Shown: positions 1 to 14,197 of the stretch, piece by piece
Position numbering within the stretch: position 1 is the first letter of the stretch
Layout: each line of letters opens with the position of its first letter
Source of the DNA: Ancylonema sp.
Lineage: Eukaryota
DNA: 64,000 nucleotides
Assembly (NCBI GenBank): GCA_050230475.1
Contig: JBFLGF010000024.1
Span: 1 to 64,000, forward strand
Direction of reading: 5' to 3'
Made by a program: the position numbers and the translations under genes
The notes under the pieces: model-generated
Told to the model about the DNA's origin: nothing
The model's database searches: none
The model's input: only the letters and a program-made list of their open reading frames with translations

Positions 1-36
1 AGTCTTTAAATTACATTATGTCTCTTGGGTTCCCTT

Positions 37-2735
37 TCAGCCCATCATCTTGGCTCGAGCAAAGATCACCCCCGCACAGCACCCTGCCCACACCCCCCAC
101 CACCCCACCCCCCAACACACCTGTGAGACTCTCGAGAGCACACACATTGACCCAAACCACACACCTCACTTCCAAAAACATACCTCCCCCCCCCCCCGAC
201 AAAAAAACAATTTTTTTTTCATATATATTTTTATTTATTTATTAATTAAAAAAAAAAAAAAAAAAAAAAAAACTTCAGGACAGCCCGGGGAGGGGGGGGG
301 GGAGAGAAAATAGGAGACGCCGATACCCGACTCACCGAACAGAATGCTGCTCAGATTCGCGACACTGGTGGGCACTCGGAACAGCATGATCCCCGCGATG
401 GACAGCGGGATCTTGTTCAGTGACCCCACGAGGCTGTACGTCGTGGGGCTGGTCTGGTGCAGGAACCACATGGACGTGAAACTGACGGCCAGGCCCAGGA
501 GGCCGCTGGAGGTGCATGCGGTCCAGAACCATCCGTTTCGCAGCAGTGGTGAGTGGAGCACGTATGGGACTTCGTTGAAGAGGAGGAGGAGGAGGAGGGC
601 GAGTGGGATGGAGAGGGAGTTGTTGAGCAGCACCATGGAGAACTCGGAGAGGAAGCCGCTCTTGGAGGCGGATTTGGCTTTGTCCATGCAGGGGCGGAGG
701 AGGAGCTGGGAGAGAAGGGGGGGGAGTGGGATAGTGCTTTGAGTCTCAGTTTGTTTTTTTGTTTTTTTTTTTTTGTAGGGGAGGGGGGAGGATTTGGGGG
801 ATCCCCTCCCACCCTTCAAATTTTTGAAGGGGGGGTTTGGGGTGTGGGGGGGGGGGGGAGAGTGGGGGGGGATGGCGATATTTTCTCTTTATTTTATTGT
901 ATTTTATTTTATGTTTTTAGGGGGGAGGGGGGTGGGGGGGTTTCACTTACCCCCACATCCCCACCCCCCCCCCCAGGACTACAACAGGGCCTTGGTGGAT
1001 CTATGTCGGTAAGTTTGACACACAGTAGCTGCCAATATAAATACCCCTACTAATTTATCGGGTGGAGCCAAGACTTTGATGATGAATCATTCATTGTGGA
1101 GATTTTCTTCCCTAGCTGCATAATCGAATGTACAGAACTCGCAGGGGGGGCTTCTGTTCAGAGGAAATCGAAACTGATTGTCGCAAGGGACTTGGGGGGA
1201 AGGGGGGGAGGGGGTGTAATAATTTAGAAGGGGTGGAGGAAAGGGGTGGGGGGAGACGAAGAAAACATCCTCATGAATTGGTCAGGGAGTCATGATCGGC
1301 GGCAAGATGTACGAGATGAGGGGTTTAATGATACATGCATTAGTATATATTTCAAATAATAAATACAAAAAAATAAGTAATGATAAATAAAGAAAAAAAA
1401 CGGTTCTTGTTTCCTATAGAGGAAAGAAGAAGGGGAAGGAGAAGGGGAATAAGGAGGATGGGTGTTGGTGTCACATTCATGATCGATCAGATTCAGTTTA
1501 ATTTCATTATCAATATCATTACCATTATCAATTCGAGTGGAAGAGCAGGAGGGAGGAAGGAGTGGGATAGGTGGCAGATCCCTACCGAGTAGGCAGCAGT
1601 GTACAGGCAGTTGGCTCCCTGCCACAGATACCCCCTGGGGTGGAACGCGAGGTCCGTGACCCCCCCACAGAAGGCGGACACGATCATAAGGAACAGCGAC
1701 CCCCACACCCGCGCCGAGTGCCTCTTCTTGAACAGATACATCTCCCCCACTGCAGTGAGCAGGTTGGAGATGTTCTTCAGGATGGTGACCATGGCGACCT
1801 GCATGTAGCGCAGGCTGAAGAAGGAGGTGATGAGCATGCCGACGAAGATGACGTTCACGGGGGCCCACACGCGGACCAGCTGCCAGCTCAGCGGCTCCAC
1901 CTGGATCAGGCGCAGGCGCGCGAGGAGGAGGACCACGGAGACGGAGACCAGATTCTGTGAGGGGGGGGGGGCAGTCGGGAAGGTCCAGGTGGCATGTCAG
2001 GGATGATTGACTCGTACCCGACTCTCTGACAATTCGATGTTTAAGTAGGGCAGCAGACCACTTACAAAAAAAAAACTTTTTTTTTTTGTATTTTGTCCTG
2101 AGGCTCTCATTTGGGTACCGACGACCAAAGGCTAGATGTCAACCCCCCCCCCCCCCCCTCCTCTCCTTTTTTTCACCCCCCCCCCTTTAATAAATTCTGG
2201 GTTTCCTACGAGTGCGGCTCTGGAATCTATTTTCGTAAATGGTGCAGGAAGTACAGTAATGGCTTTCTTGTATTATTCTGCTGGCGCACTTTCGCTGAGC
2301 AGGAGTTTGCAGTCCCTTTTATGAACTGATTTCCCCTCCAACGCGGTGCAGGTTGCGGTTTTGAAATGCGGTGACACTGCACCGGCGATATCCCCTGTAT
2401 CCTTTCGGATTGCGTATTGCGTCCAAATTAAGCTCTTTCAGTTGCCGGCTTCTCTGCCAAAGCGAAGCCATCGTTGTACGCGAACTCCGCAGCTTTACCT
2501 GGTAGAGCATGAGGGTTATCTGCGCCTCCCAGCGGAAGCCCGAGAGCACGAGCTTGTTGAGCAGAATCATGGAGCAGGAGGATATGCAGTAGGCCACCCC
2601 AGATGCCAACGACTGGCTACCAACCACGAGGCCCTTCATCTTCCCCCCCCCATCGGTGTCCAAGTCGACATCATCCTTCCACTTAAAACGATTTAGAACT
2701 CTACGAAATGTGTGATGAAGGACCGGAAAATCCAT
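37..2735 (-). CDS. GONST1: Golgi GDP-mannose transporter (GONST1/VRG4-like nucleotide-sugar transporter), 4 exons: 2735-2499, 1954-1586, 705-336, 83-37
   Basis: Peptides SGVAYCISSCSMILLNKLVLS, VAMVTILKNISN, TTYSLVGSLNKIP (GxLNK GDP-sugar motif) and C-terminal IFARAKM. GT..AG borders keep frame. Start codon uncertain and could lie further upstream. Confidence 0.88.
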
Positions 2736-4970
2736 TCTGGTGACTGACGAGAGACATGTATCAAGGACAATGGTGGTCACTTCTCTTCATTTCAGCGTCG
2801 CTCCTAGCTTCGGAAATGTACTCTAGGGTCGTGCATCCGTCCTACGATCATGACGAACGCCATCTACAGAGCCCCACAAGTTCACGTGATGAACAATTAC
2901 TCACGTTCTCGGTGCCGGCATGGGATCTCACGGCCAAACATCTCTAGCTACCATTTCAGAAGTGGGAGGTCAAGTTCGCGGCCAGGGAACCTGGGTCATA
3001 AATGCAGGCAGAAGGTGAACTCTTTTGTCGTGTAGCGAGAAGGTACACAGCCGGCACCGACTCGCGGAACGCGTGTTTTAATATGGATTTTGTATTACGG
3101 GATTTGAGCCCTTGAGCCTGCATGTGGCTGCGGACGGGGCTTGGAAACCAACGGGCTCGTAATATACGGGCTCAAGCCAAGGGCTCATTCGGGCTCATAT
3201 TTTGAAAAAACAACCTGTATTTCCGGATCCGAAATAACGTGTGCAACGTCTTGCATTTCTTGAAGTTTTGGACGCCCTCACAAAGCAGGGTTTCGCCATT
3301 CCTGTTCCAAAATATGGGGTTTGCTTGTTTTTATTAGACTGGCGAGTTTCTTAGTGTAAGAGACACCAAGTGCCTTGGAGTTATTTTCATTTTGTTACTT
3401 TCAAGCACCACTTATTGGGTGTTGCAACAAAAATTGGATAAATTGGATAAATTGTTATAAACTGGAGTGATCGACTTAATCTTGATGTGTATGTAAGTGT
3501 GTTAGGTTATGCGTGCGTGTGTGCCGAAATGCATGTGCTCGGTACGAATCATGTGGCCATCTAGGCCATATAAAAGTACATCCATATAGAACACGCCACC
3601 TAAAGTAAACATGGGACTCGCATATTTAAATCGTTTTTTATGGCGTTGTTATGATGTGAGGAGCTTATTCAGATGCACCGAGTACGTGGTTTTTTTCTTT
3701 CTTTCTTTCTTTTTGTGGAAATTATGGGAATAAGGACGTTTAAGTATGACCCATATTTTTCCCCAATGAGTCCACCATGAGCGTGAGCCCGTTGTGTGCT
3801 CGTGATGAGCCCATTGAGGTTCACATATCAGAGGCGAAATTTCATTCGTCAACATCGGAATTCGCTTCATGTTGGAGTTGGAGTATTCTCAGGGATATCC
3901 ATCGACATGCTATCCACAAAACCTAGGCATTGTGGAATACAAGTGGAATTCGATACGTAAAAAACACAGGTCCCTTTGATTTTTTGTACACCATTCCACC
4001 TAGTCCAATTTTTCGCGGCTATCCACACTTCGGCCCCGTAGATTCGCAATTTTTGCATGAAAACAAACATTGATACCTAGCATCATTTGCATAATGGAAG
4101 TACGTCTTTTATACGCTTGTTAATACCTTGAGACCTTCACGAGCTTCGAGATGAATAGTCAATGACATGACGCAACTTGTTGGGGATTAAATATAAACGG
4201 TCACTTGATTTGTGATCGTTTGTCCCTTTTTTCCTTCTTAGCCCCATACATAGTAAATACAAAGTAGTGAGACATCAATCCCTCCCCTCCCCCCCTCCCA
4301 AATTAACAACCGAGGGTTTATTCCTAGTAGGTATGCGAGATGGGCGATTCATCAAGTTGATTCGTTATATCTTCAATTTCACAAACATGATTCGTTATCA
4401 TTCCATATTGAAAAAAAATCATCATAGCTATGAGACGGTCTCTACAATTTTCAAGAGTGACACAATACACAATATATGCATTCTTCAATCATATTTACAA
4501 AATTCAAGTGTCGACATGTACATTAAGAAGGAAACTATGACAATACTCTAAGCCACCCGAAAAAATAACCAATATATGCCAAAAGAGATGTTGATCATGG
4601 AGAGAAGTGTTGATGTCGACTTAACGTAGTCTATATAGTGTTTGCCATCCATTTATCTTGCGAGGTGAACGCCCATAGCATTTCAATATTTCATTAATGA
4701 TTGTACATTGTCCCGAAAAAAAAGAAAACTCAGAATGTTTTAAGAATTTTTTAAGACTCGGAGACCCGTGTTTAAGACTCGTTGAGTACAAAATAGTTGA
4801 GGGAATTCATACAACGTACCATGGCGTTCATGATTATTTATTCTTTTCGCGAAATCATGTGTGCTAAATTGGACGACCGGATATGAACTAAAATAACCTA
4901 AGACACACACTTAAGCAATGAAATATTACGTAATTCCACAGAGCTATCGACAATCAAATATAGATATTGT

Positions 4971-7900
4971 TTATGAAATAGTAGCTACGTCTTTTAACGT
5001 CAGCCAATACCATAGAGCAGTGTTGATAGCATCAGCAAACACACCAGCAACAATTGGGTCGCTGGAAATACCCTAGTCAACAAACTTGTTCCCCATGCCC
5101 CCTTCTTTTTTGGCCAAGTCGAACCACGCAATGAGCTTGATGAGGGGAAACGTCGACATGCTTGAACCTCCCACCCCTGCCCAAGGTCAATCGAACAACA
5201 CTAAATGCTTGATGGATTTATCAGATCGATGGGATCGGAAATTCGCATCGAGCATTTGCGGGACGGTTGACAATAAAAAGCTGACCATCGACACCTCGTA
5301 CGTGAATGTCTACGTGGATGTCTACGTGGATATCTACGTGAATGTCTACGTGGATGTCTACGTGGATGTCTACGTGGATGTCTACGTGGATGTCTACGTG
5401 AATGTCTACGTGGATGTCTACGTGAATTTCTACGTGGATCTTGACGTTTGCGATGTGAACGGTCGAACAACTGTCTAGCCTCGTCATGTCTAGTGCTTTG
5501 AGCAAACCAACGACAGATATGCAACACTTAGATTTCGGAACTGATATTAGACGACGCAGAAACACTAGAAGCAGCCTTCTTTGACATCTGTCGCAAAAAA
5601 TGTTCAAGGGGCATTAATATAATTCCATCATTGGAATTATATATTTCCTCTCACCATTGCTATTAAAGAGTTGCGAGATCCAGCTTGATTTTACTTCTGC
5701 GTTCGTGACCCCCACACCCTTCGGAAAAAAAGCGACTGAAGTCTCTAGTAACATCATCGGTTTGTTACGCGCAGCGGCGAACATGTTGTAGAAGTTTGTC
5801 ATAAGAGGGGAGGCTCCTGTGATCTGCACGACAATGGTTTATGAGACGCAAATTCACATCATTTTGAGAATCAGATTATCATGAGCCAGCACAGTATTAA
5901 AACAAAGTGAAGAAAAGACATCCATGAAATGCCATAATCACACGTACGACGACACTGCAAACTCAACATTTCAGGCAATGTTCGAGAATACTGCACCAAG
6001 ATTTCGACGATACTCCAGTCAAACTTATTTTCTATTGAAACCAGGGAACTGGGCGACTAACATTGCATTGCCAGCACTTTGGTTCAGTTTATACTGAAAT
6101 GAAAAGGTTCTGGAACATTTTAGAATGTGTTGCCATGATACTGAATGGTCCTCGCAAGACGACCATTCAAGCATCTGGATCACTTCAAGGTCTGAGAGTC
6201 CACACCGCACCGCGTAAACTTCTTCCAGCACCACATACTCACCTTGTTTGACAGCTCGTAGGGGTACGCGACTGAGTTTGTACCATTCTCTTGGCCGTAA
6301 TGGTATATGGAGAGTCCCACCCAGTCCACGTACGCGTCCCCAGGATAATAAGGGGAGTACATGTCATCTGACATATCGATGACGCCATCCTGATTCGTAT
6401 CCGACGCATTGAAATCCACAGTGCCAGCTTTTACCCGAAAGTGTGGAATTCAAACGAGCGGGGCTTCAAGTATTTTTCTGCCCAGAATCAGGTGTGCCCA
6501 CGCCCACGTGATTTTGAAAAGAAATTAAGTACTTGAAAAAATCAGAGCCCACACCAATCGTCCTGAATTTGCGACGAAACAACGACGAAATATTTAGGAA
6601 TCTCAGCCTGCTGTCAAATTGTGTAGAGCAAGTTTTAACAACAGCCGCTGGTAATACAAGGAGGAAGAAATGAGTTGAGGTGCCTGACATTTGTTTCTTT
6701 GAATCTATGTACAGCAATCTGACCTCCAGTTTAAGGGTACCCCTCGCCAATATTTGGCGTCCACGCCATCGCCACCTGCGGAAGCTGGCCTCTGATTGTG
6801 TTGGCTACGAGCTGGAAGGCCGCGATGTATCCGTTTGGTTGTTGACCCCAGGGATACCACGCGCCATTCATTTCATGAGCGACCCGTACGATGCACTTGA
6901 GTCCCTGGTCCCCCGTCAACAGGAGCACGTGCACAGGAGCATGTTAAAATACTGGAAATCTATGGTTTTTTCTTAGACGAGTAAAAGCAGACGGCCGGTA
7001 GTTTATAAACCGACAGCAAAACAATATTTCGATCTCGGTTGATACTCATAGGAACTTGGTGGCTTATATTTTTTTTCAGATCGATTTGGAAATTTTTGGT
7101 TCAGTCGATGTTACCCATGAATCTATCGAAAATAAAAAGTTTTGGGCCCAACAATTGTGCCTGATATTGTTGGGTATATACCAGCCAAGGAACGGATACC
7201 CCCGTCGAATCGGCGTGGAAATCGAATAATTCATAGGTATGTGGCGCGTTACAACGTACTTCGTATTTTGAGGACGTCGATGAAGGCTTGCACAGCGCCC
7301 TCGGTCACATTGGTGAGGCCGCCCCAAGGTTGTAACGTCACAACGGCAATCGCGCCCACTTTCGACACCTGCGTGGCGCAAATATAAAAATATCGTAGGT
7401 TTGTGAGGTGGTCCTCGTATTGAAATATAGAGGTAAAAATTATCAACGGGAAGTGACTGCCTGATCACGTCAAGGTAATGGAGGCACACCGAAAACAAAG
7501 CGCTTTGTGCCCCAGGAATTTTTAAAGTTACAAAAGCCTGATATTGATGTTTTTTATGAAAGCAACTCTGATCTCAGGATACACCAGAAGCTGAACGCAA
7601 AAAAAAAGATGTAAAGTCAAAGGATCTGATGCTTGGATTTCCTCAAACGGAATATATGCGATATCAATTCAATTAAAGCCAATTCAGTAAGTTACCCACC
7701 GGAGGCAGGAATTGGATGTTTGAAGAAGTGTATACGTGAATTGCTGATTATTACAAGCCTAACATACCCAGCATCGTCGATTGCTTTCGAAAACACCAAG
7801 AACTCCAACATGAGGAGCTGTTTAGCCAACCTGGTTAAGAAAGTTGTACAAGTAAGTCTCAGTTTCCCCCATTGGCAAATTGAAGAACTGGACATAAGCC

Positions 7901-8085
7901 GCCGGCGTAACTCCGAGACGGGAGGTCTCGTAACCGACAAAGTCGCCGCTGCTCACGGCGTCTTCCGAAGGGGTTACGCCGACAAAACAGCCATAGTAGG
8001 GCTCCAAATGATCGCCTGCCACCAGAATCGTCAAGTGAAACAGAATGACGAGGACCACGAACGCCGATAGATTTCGAGCTTCCAT
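4971..8085 (-). pseudogene. GH26 glycoside hydrolase (beta-mannanase-like) copy 1, probable pseudogene
   Basis: Signal-peptide-like N-terminus, RVAHEMNGAWYPW, YYPGDAYVDWVG, KPMMLLETS. Same exon series as copies 2 and 3, but with an in-frame TAG at 5073-5075 (W in paralogues) and an apparent 2-nt loss near 7266. Confidence 0.72.
5299..5440. repeat. 12-bp tandem minisatellite (TACGTGGATGTC) x ~12 in the last intron of GH26 copy 1
   Basis: Directly visible head-to-tail units with G/A variants. Confidence 0.95.
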
Positions 8086-10249
8086 GAGCCAAAGGAAGTA
8101 GAAAAAGGTGACGGCTTGACGTGAACAAGACCGGGATAAGGTAATCTGAATTCATTTTGATCGCTGACTTATGGACACTCTCCACAAACCTGAGGCGGTG
8201 GAGGTCGGGGCAAAAAGAATCACCTTTGAGAAGGTGAATAGTGACTAGGTCTAGAAGGCAGTAAAGAAGTCGAGAGTCCAGTCGAATATTAACACGTGTG
8301 GAAGGTTGAGCAGGAGGAGTACACGTGGCCTTGTCGTGAACAGCCTACAACCCCCCCACCAATAGAATCGAAGGTGAATGACGGAAGAGTGAGTCAGACC
8401 AGAGCGGCTCCATACGAAGGTGGCACCGACTCTGCTCCAGATTTGGCGTGCTAGAACTCGGACAGTAGGAGAGGTGTAATGGAAAGTAGCCATTTGTGCC
8501 TATGTGCCTACTTGCTGCTGTGGATTCGGATTGAATTGACACCCACAAAAAGACAAACTGGAAACCGACAGAAAGGTCATGTAGTGTACTTCTAACATCA
8601 CAAGATGATGATGATGAACATGATGAACATGATACGTAGTTTGCTGACCAGTCATGATAATTAATTCATGATGTCGGCGAGGTAAGTTTACGTGTGATAG
8701 ACCTGCCACCGAACCGTTATGTATCATAACATTTCGCCCCAACAGACAAATGCGACGACACAGATCTACGTATTCGGTCAACATACGACACCGCCACGTC
8801 ATGCTATAATCATAAAATGGATGTCTGGCTCAATATGATGCCACCACGTCATCCTACGACCAGACAAACCCCCTCGTGCCCCAGTCTCCCACGTGCGAGC
8901 TTTATGGTCGCGTCATACAAAATTGCCGCCAGGTCAATGAGCTCGCTCCGCCCTCCGCTCTCCGTCCTCTACCCTTGGCCCTCTGCCCTCCGTCTTCCAC
9001 CCTCTAGGCGTTGCGACTTATTCCAACTCGGACGCTATACGCGTTGTTGTGACAACGCAATATGCATGACTAAAAAGTCGACAGCGGTGACGAAATCGGC
9101 GGATTCTCAAACACTTTTTCGATGACAATTGAGCAATTTTGGAGCTAAATTTCATGTTGTCGGTACATGTCCATTACTTCGGACTCGTCGATAGGCAAAA
9201 TCCAACTAGAAATCTTTACTTGAAATCCACAAATATATTTGAAACACATTTCTTAGTTTCTAAGGCTCATATCCGTGCTACTACGAAAAAATTAAACATA
9301 GCAAAGAAATTGATAATACATGGAAAGTTATATTTACGGCCGTTGTTGGTCATTTGAAATGGATGCACTCAACCGACAAAAAATGATAATTGCTTTCAGG
9401 ATAGGCTCACGCAACGGTATGTCACCGTCCACGCTCGAAAGACACCAGCAATATCTTGAAAAGATAACCAAGCATAAGGAAGAAGCGCCACACAAGCAAG
9501 ATGCTTCACAACATTTATTTTTTTTGGTTCTCCATGTCGAACCATAATGGCAGCCACTCGAGCTAATGCCTAATAGGATACCGTACCACATCGTACAATG
9601 AAGTGAAAAGAAAGGGGCATTGTTCAATTAATCCAATTTGTTATACAGTTTGTAGACAGACTTGCTTCTATATTCTCACCTCTTTTTCTTCTTTACCCCG
9701 TCACCCTTCCCCCCCCCGTATTTTTGTACAAATTATATGGAAAACGTATTGATCTTCATGCTTATTTTGTACAAATGGCATACACGTTGGAGCAAGAAAA
9801 TCGGCGAGAAAAAAATTTCTTTATATTCCAAGTTTCGGTACAAGATTTTAGTTGCTCTTGAGGAGGCGGTAAGAGAATAGGAGCTTTGAGAAAGTACATT
9901 TTTTTGTCAACTACTACAAAAACATCTCACCTCCAACATTTGTATCGGCGTACAATTCGTGCGCGGAGATAATGAATTATCATGTATGTAGGTGTGCTCC
10001 ACTGGACAAGCCACTCATTGTACCACTCTATAAACTTATCCAAGGAGAGCTAACCCTAATCTTCAATATATTTTGGATTTTGGGGGAAATCGACGAAGAA
10101 AGTACGTAAAATATTGCACAAAAATCAAAATATTGCATAAGATTTATTGAAGGCTAACGGCACGTGAACTTGACCATACAGTTTGGGAGACGTTCACATG
10201 CCGAACGTGATTGGAAATTACCAATTTCAAGAATCATATTATTCAAGAG

Positions 10250-10501
10250 CATAGTCGCGTCTCGGACGGGAGGATCCCGGACGCGTCCCGCACTCGTCCG
10301 CCCCCGGACGCGTCCAGAGATCCCCGGACGGTCCGGGACACAACTAAGATGGGAAAAAAACCAAAAAAAAAAGAGTTCGTATTTAAGTTACAAATCTGGG
10401 GGTTCCAAAGATATGGATATCAAATTTTGGCTCTGGCGTCCGGGTCCGGGACGCGTCCCGGACGCGTCCGGAGATCCCCGACAATCCGCGACGCAACTAT
10501 G
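10250..10501. mobile_element. hAT-like MITE with palindromic GGACGCGTCC subterminal repeats
   Basis: TIRs CATAGTCGCGTCTCGGA / TCCGCGACGCAACTATG. Flanking 8-mers TTCAAGAG / TCCAAGAA match 6/8 (degenerate TSD). Confidence 0.6.
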
Positions 10502-10821
10502 TCCAAGAACATACAAGATTCATCCATTACCTTTCACCGCCATTGCAACTTAATTCGAGACATTCGTTGAATCGTTACGACAAGATGATTTAAAGGTGTT
10601 TCACTACGTCATTCCAGTGTAATCTTATAGTCTCGTTTCAAGAGATTGACCGAAAAAATACTCTAAAATTCTTAAATTATGTGTTCAAGGTCAGTAGTTA
10701 CACAAGTGACATCACCCTGGGTTAAGAGTAGTCGGTGGACACCAGAATCGTACGGCTGGGACCATAAGACAGGAGTCAAAGTTCCATTTGATGTTTGAAG
10801 AATGATTTGGTTTTGCACTCA

Positions 10822-11165
10822 CCATACCAACCAGAGATAACGCGCCAGAAAACAATTACCATTTTGCCTGGCGAACACGTTTTTGGCGCGTACTAAAATA
10901 ATTAGAAAACGCTGGCGCATACTCATACCGCAAATAAAATAATAAAATCGGTGATAATCTGCCGCAGTACCAAAATTTGATACTAAAAAAATCAAAACAC
11001 ATAAACTTCAATACAAATAAAACCACACAATTGAAATATATGAATTCAAAATTTGCCGCACACACTTTTGGCGCGTAAGTCAAAAATTGCTGGCGCAACT
11101 GGTTGGGACCTACTTCTGATGATTGATTTTCTGATTTTCTGGCGCAATATCTGTGGCTGGTACGG
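10822..11165. mobile_element. MITE with ~30-bp imperfect TIRs
   Basis: CCATACCAACCAGAGATAACGCGCCAGAAAA versus the reverse complement of TTTTCTGGCGCAATATCTGTGGCTGGTACGG. Internal TGGCG repeats. Confidence 0.5.
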
Positions 11166-11889
11166 TATGTGAAAAGTCTACTTGTGGATTGTTGTTGTGA
11201 TTGTTGTACCCATCAGATTTGCAAAGCTTGCATGTCTTCATCTCTCCACGATATCCATGCACTCACAATCGGTTTGTGCCAGATGATATTCAAGGAACTA
11301 CAACTAAAGACATGACGACCACGGCCACCATGCTGGGTAGGATATGTTGCGTATATCCTTGTCCGCATGTCATATGCACGCAGAATACAAACCAGTGAAT
11401 CCCCAACTACATGTTTTATTTTGAGGTATTTATCTGATCGTGGTAATGTTAGGATGGCGTCAGTTGGTGACACGGTATGATACAACATCACCAAGCGCAT
11501 CATTTGGAACACCCACCTCCGGAGGCCCCCTCATCTGATGTGCCTCTACACAGTTTGCATGCATCCCCTTCAGAACTCTTCTCCACGGTACACCAATAAT
11601 GACTTGGAAGATACACGAATGCGAATGCTCGGTTATGGCCATTGAGCCCATACAAACCTTCCACCATAAACCTTCTCCATAACTTATGTTTCTTGATCCG
11701 CCACAGTACAAACTCCACTTTCACCACCAAAAACAACGAGCTACGATGTCCCATACCAGAATCAATATTCCCCCTTTTACATAAGGCGTGCTAAATGCAA
11801 AGCCTGATAGTCATTCTCCGCTGGGCACAGACTGTCTGAGACCATTCATCAACAGAGGTTTGATAACGCTGTTTGACCTCTCACATCAC

Positions 11890-14197
11890 TTACTGCGGAT
11901 TGGCAACGTCCTCCAGCAATGCCCAGTACCTCTTTCCACCAGTGAAACCATAACCAGCACCCTCTCCAATGATGTAACTTGAGAACACAGCAGCAATGGC
12001 TGGGTCAGATGACACACTCCAGTCCACCAGTTTGTTGCCAAACGAAGCCTCTGGCTTGACAAGATCAAACCAAGCAACCAGCTTCAAATTGGGAAAGTTG
12101 GCAGATATGCTTGGTCCCACGCTGCTGTCCTCAGCTGGGTCAAAAAGGAGTTCGAAAAATGTCAGCTCTCATGAACCTCTCATTTGAAATTCAATCCTAT
12201 CCAGAAATGAGACGATAATATTTTTGCACCAGAGGTTGTGTCCAGATCACCTGCTGACACTAAAATTAATAAGCACTGTTCTACAGAATATTATGTGGCA
12301 CAGAACTGACTTTTGCATGCTTACTTCAAATTCCTCCAGGAAGACCAAATAGCACCAGAATGAGAAGGTTGACTCACGTGAAGCGTTGTAGAGCTGCTCA
12401 AACCAGCTCTGTTTCACTTGCATGTTTGTTGGAACCGAAGTGTCATTGCTTTCAACGTATGCTGCAGCAGATTCGGGTAGCATCATAGGTTTGTTACTAC
12501 CAGGACTTCGGCAAAACATGTCGTAAAAGTTCGGCACACCTGCGCCCGGGATTTCTGTTCCAGTGATCTGCAGCCAGCCAGACAGCCACAGACAGAGTTG
12601 CGCTGGCATTCAGATGACATATGCCATGATCGGCCTTCTTCTGGTGAATACGAGGTCTGCCATTTTCATGTATAATTTTCTCGGCTGAAGTATTGATTGG
12701 TCGACCTTAAGGAACAAGAAACAAAGAGATGCAACCAGAGCCACGTTGTCAAGTGCAGAACTCCACAGGCCCCTGCAAGTTTAGCCCACCTTGTTCGCAA
12801 GCTTGTACGAAGGCGCTACAGAGTTGCTTGACGAGGTCTGGCCACTGCCAAAGTTGTAGATGGACATACCCACCCAGTCCACATACTCATCACCAGGATA
12901 GTAAGGAGAGTACATGTTGTCCGCCATTGTCAGTTGACCATCCCCATTGGTGTCCATTGCCTGAAAGTCGGCTGTTCCTGGGGTGACACTGTACCTGCAT
13001 ATGGCATATGAGCACAAAACTAGGATCAGCAACGCATGGTAGCACTTTGACAGGGCTGGCATACGATCACCTACCTGCCAGTCAACACAACCTTACTCAA
13101 AGTAGCATTCAGCAGACGATCAGCTATACGTCCACCAAACAAAGACAGTTTCATGAAGACAGATTGCCTCAGATTGACTCACTGGCCGCCTGCAAATGGA
13201 TATCCAGCACCGTCATTAGGAGTCCAGGCCATGGCGGTGTTGCTCGTCTGGGTCTTGATGGCGGTTGCGACCAGTCGGAACGATGGAACGTATTCTACGG
13301 GCTGCTGTGCCCAGGGATACCAGGCGCCGTTCATCTCATGTGCATAGCGGACAATACATCTCAGGCCCTGACTCTGCAGGTAGCCACGGTTGTCAACAGA
13401 TCAGTATTTATGTGTGAACACTCAGGAGAACTTCGTCCAAACTGCACAGTGAGCGATAGGAACATGAAGTCATAGATCAAGTTCATATAACACTTAACAC
13501 CTTTGTACACAGCTCCGAGGCAACAAGGATGATAAAATGGATCACCACTTGGTCCATCGGCATCCCTTCTTCAGGATCCGTGTGTTGGTTTAACGCAACC
13601 TCGTTGGACTTCCAGCATCGATGCATACCTCATGCTTCGCGATGATGTCAACGAAAGGCTGGATGCTTGAGTTTGTGATACTGGATAGCCCGAAGTTTGG
13701 CTGCATCGTCACCAAGGCGATCCCTCCTGCCTTGGATACCTGAGACAACTTTTATGGTCATGAGAAAGGGTACTCTCGTGAAGATCTCATAGCACGCGTT
13801 TGCGATCATCTGTCGAATACCAGCCACAAAGATACAGCTCTGCAGTGTGCTCTTGCGAGAAATGTTGATGACTGCTACATCACACGCATGCATTTCTCTA
13901 CGAAGGAGATAACGAACCCGCAGTAAAGACAGGAAAAGGTAGCTGTACCTGTGTGAAGAAGTCATTTAAGCTATTCACACCTCCATCTCCCAGGGGCAGA
14001 TCGAAGAACTGCACAAAAACAGCTGGTGTGATACCGAGTTTTGCGGACTCATAGCCCACAAAATCTCCACTTTGGAAGGCAGCGTCCGAGGGAGTGATAC
14101 CAACGTACGCTCCCAAAGACGGTCCTACGGGACTAGATCCGAAGGCAGTGCGGAGGAGACCGGCCAACACATACGCGAAGGAGTGAAACCTTGCCAT
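11890..14197 (-). CDS. Secreted GH26 glycoside hydrolase copy 2; exons 14197-13949, 13739-13629, 13373-13183, 12994-12790, 12567-12378, 12134-11890 (~396 aa)
   Basis: RYAHEMNGAWYPW (acid/base Glu), DTNGDGQLTMAD, YYPGDEYVDWVG, KPMMLPES (nucleophile Glu). Exon sum is 1191 nt, in frame, all introns GT..AG. Confidence 0.85.

Noticed and set aside
5299..5440. CRISPR-like array or repetitive ORFs (VDVY/RRHP) over the 12-bp repeat
   Set aside because: Head-to-tail minisatellite with no spacers, inside an intron. The ORFs are by-products of the repeat.
8250..10200. Short ORFs between GH26 copies 1 and 2
   Set aside because: No recognisable domains or splice structure. Probably decayed DNA-transposon or intergenic sequence.
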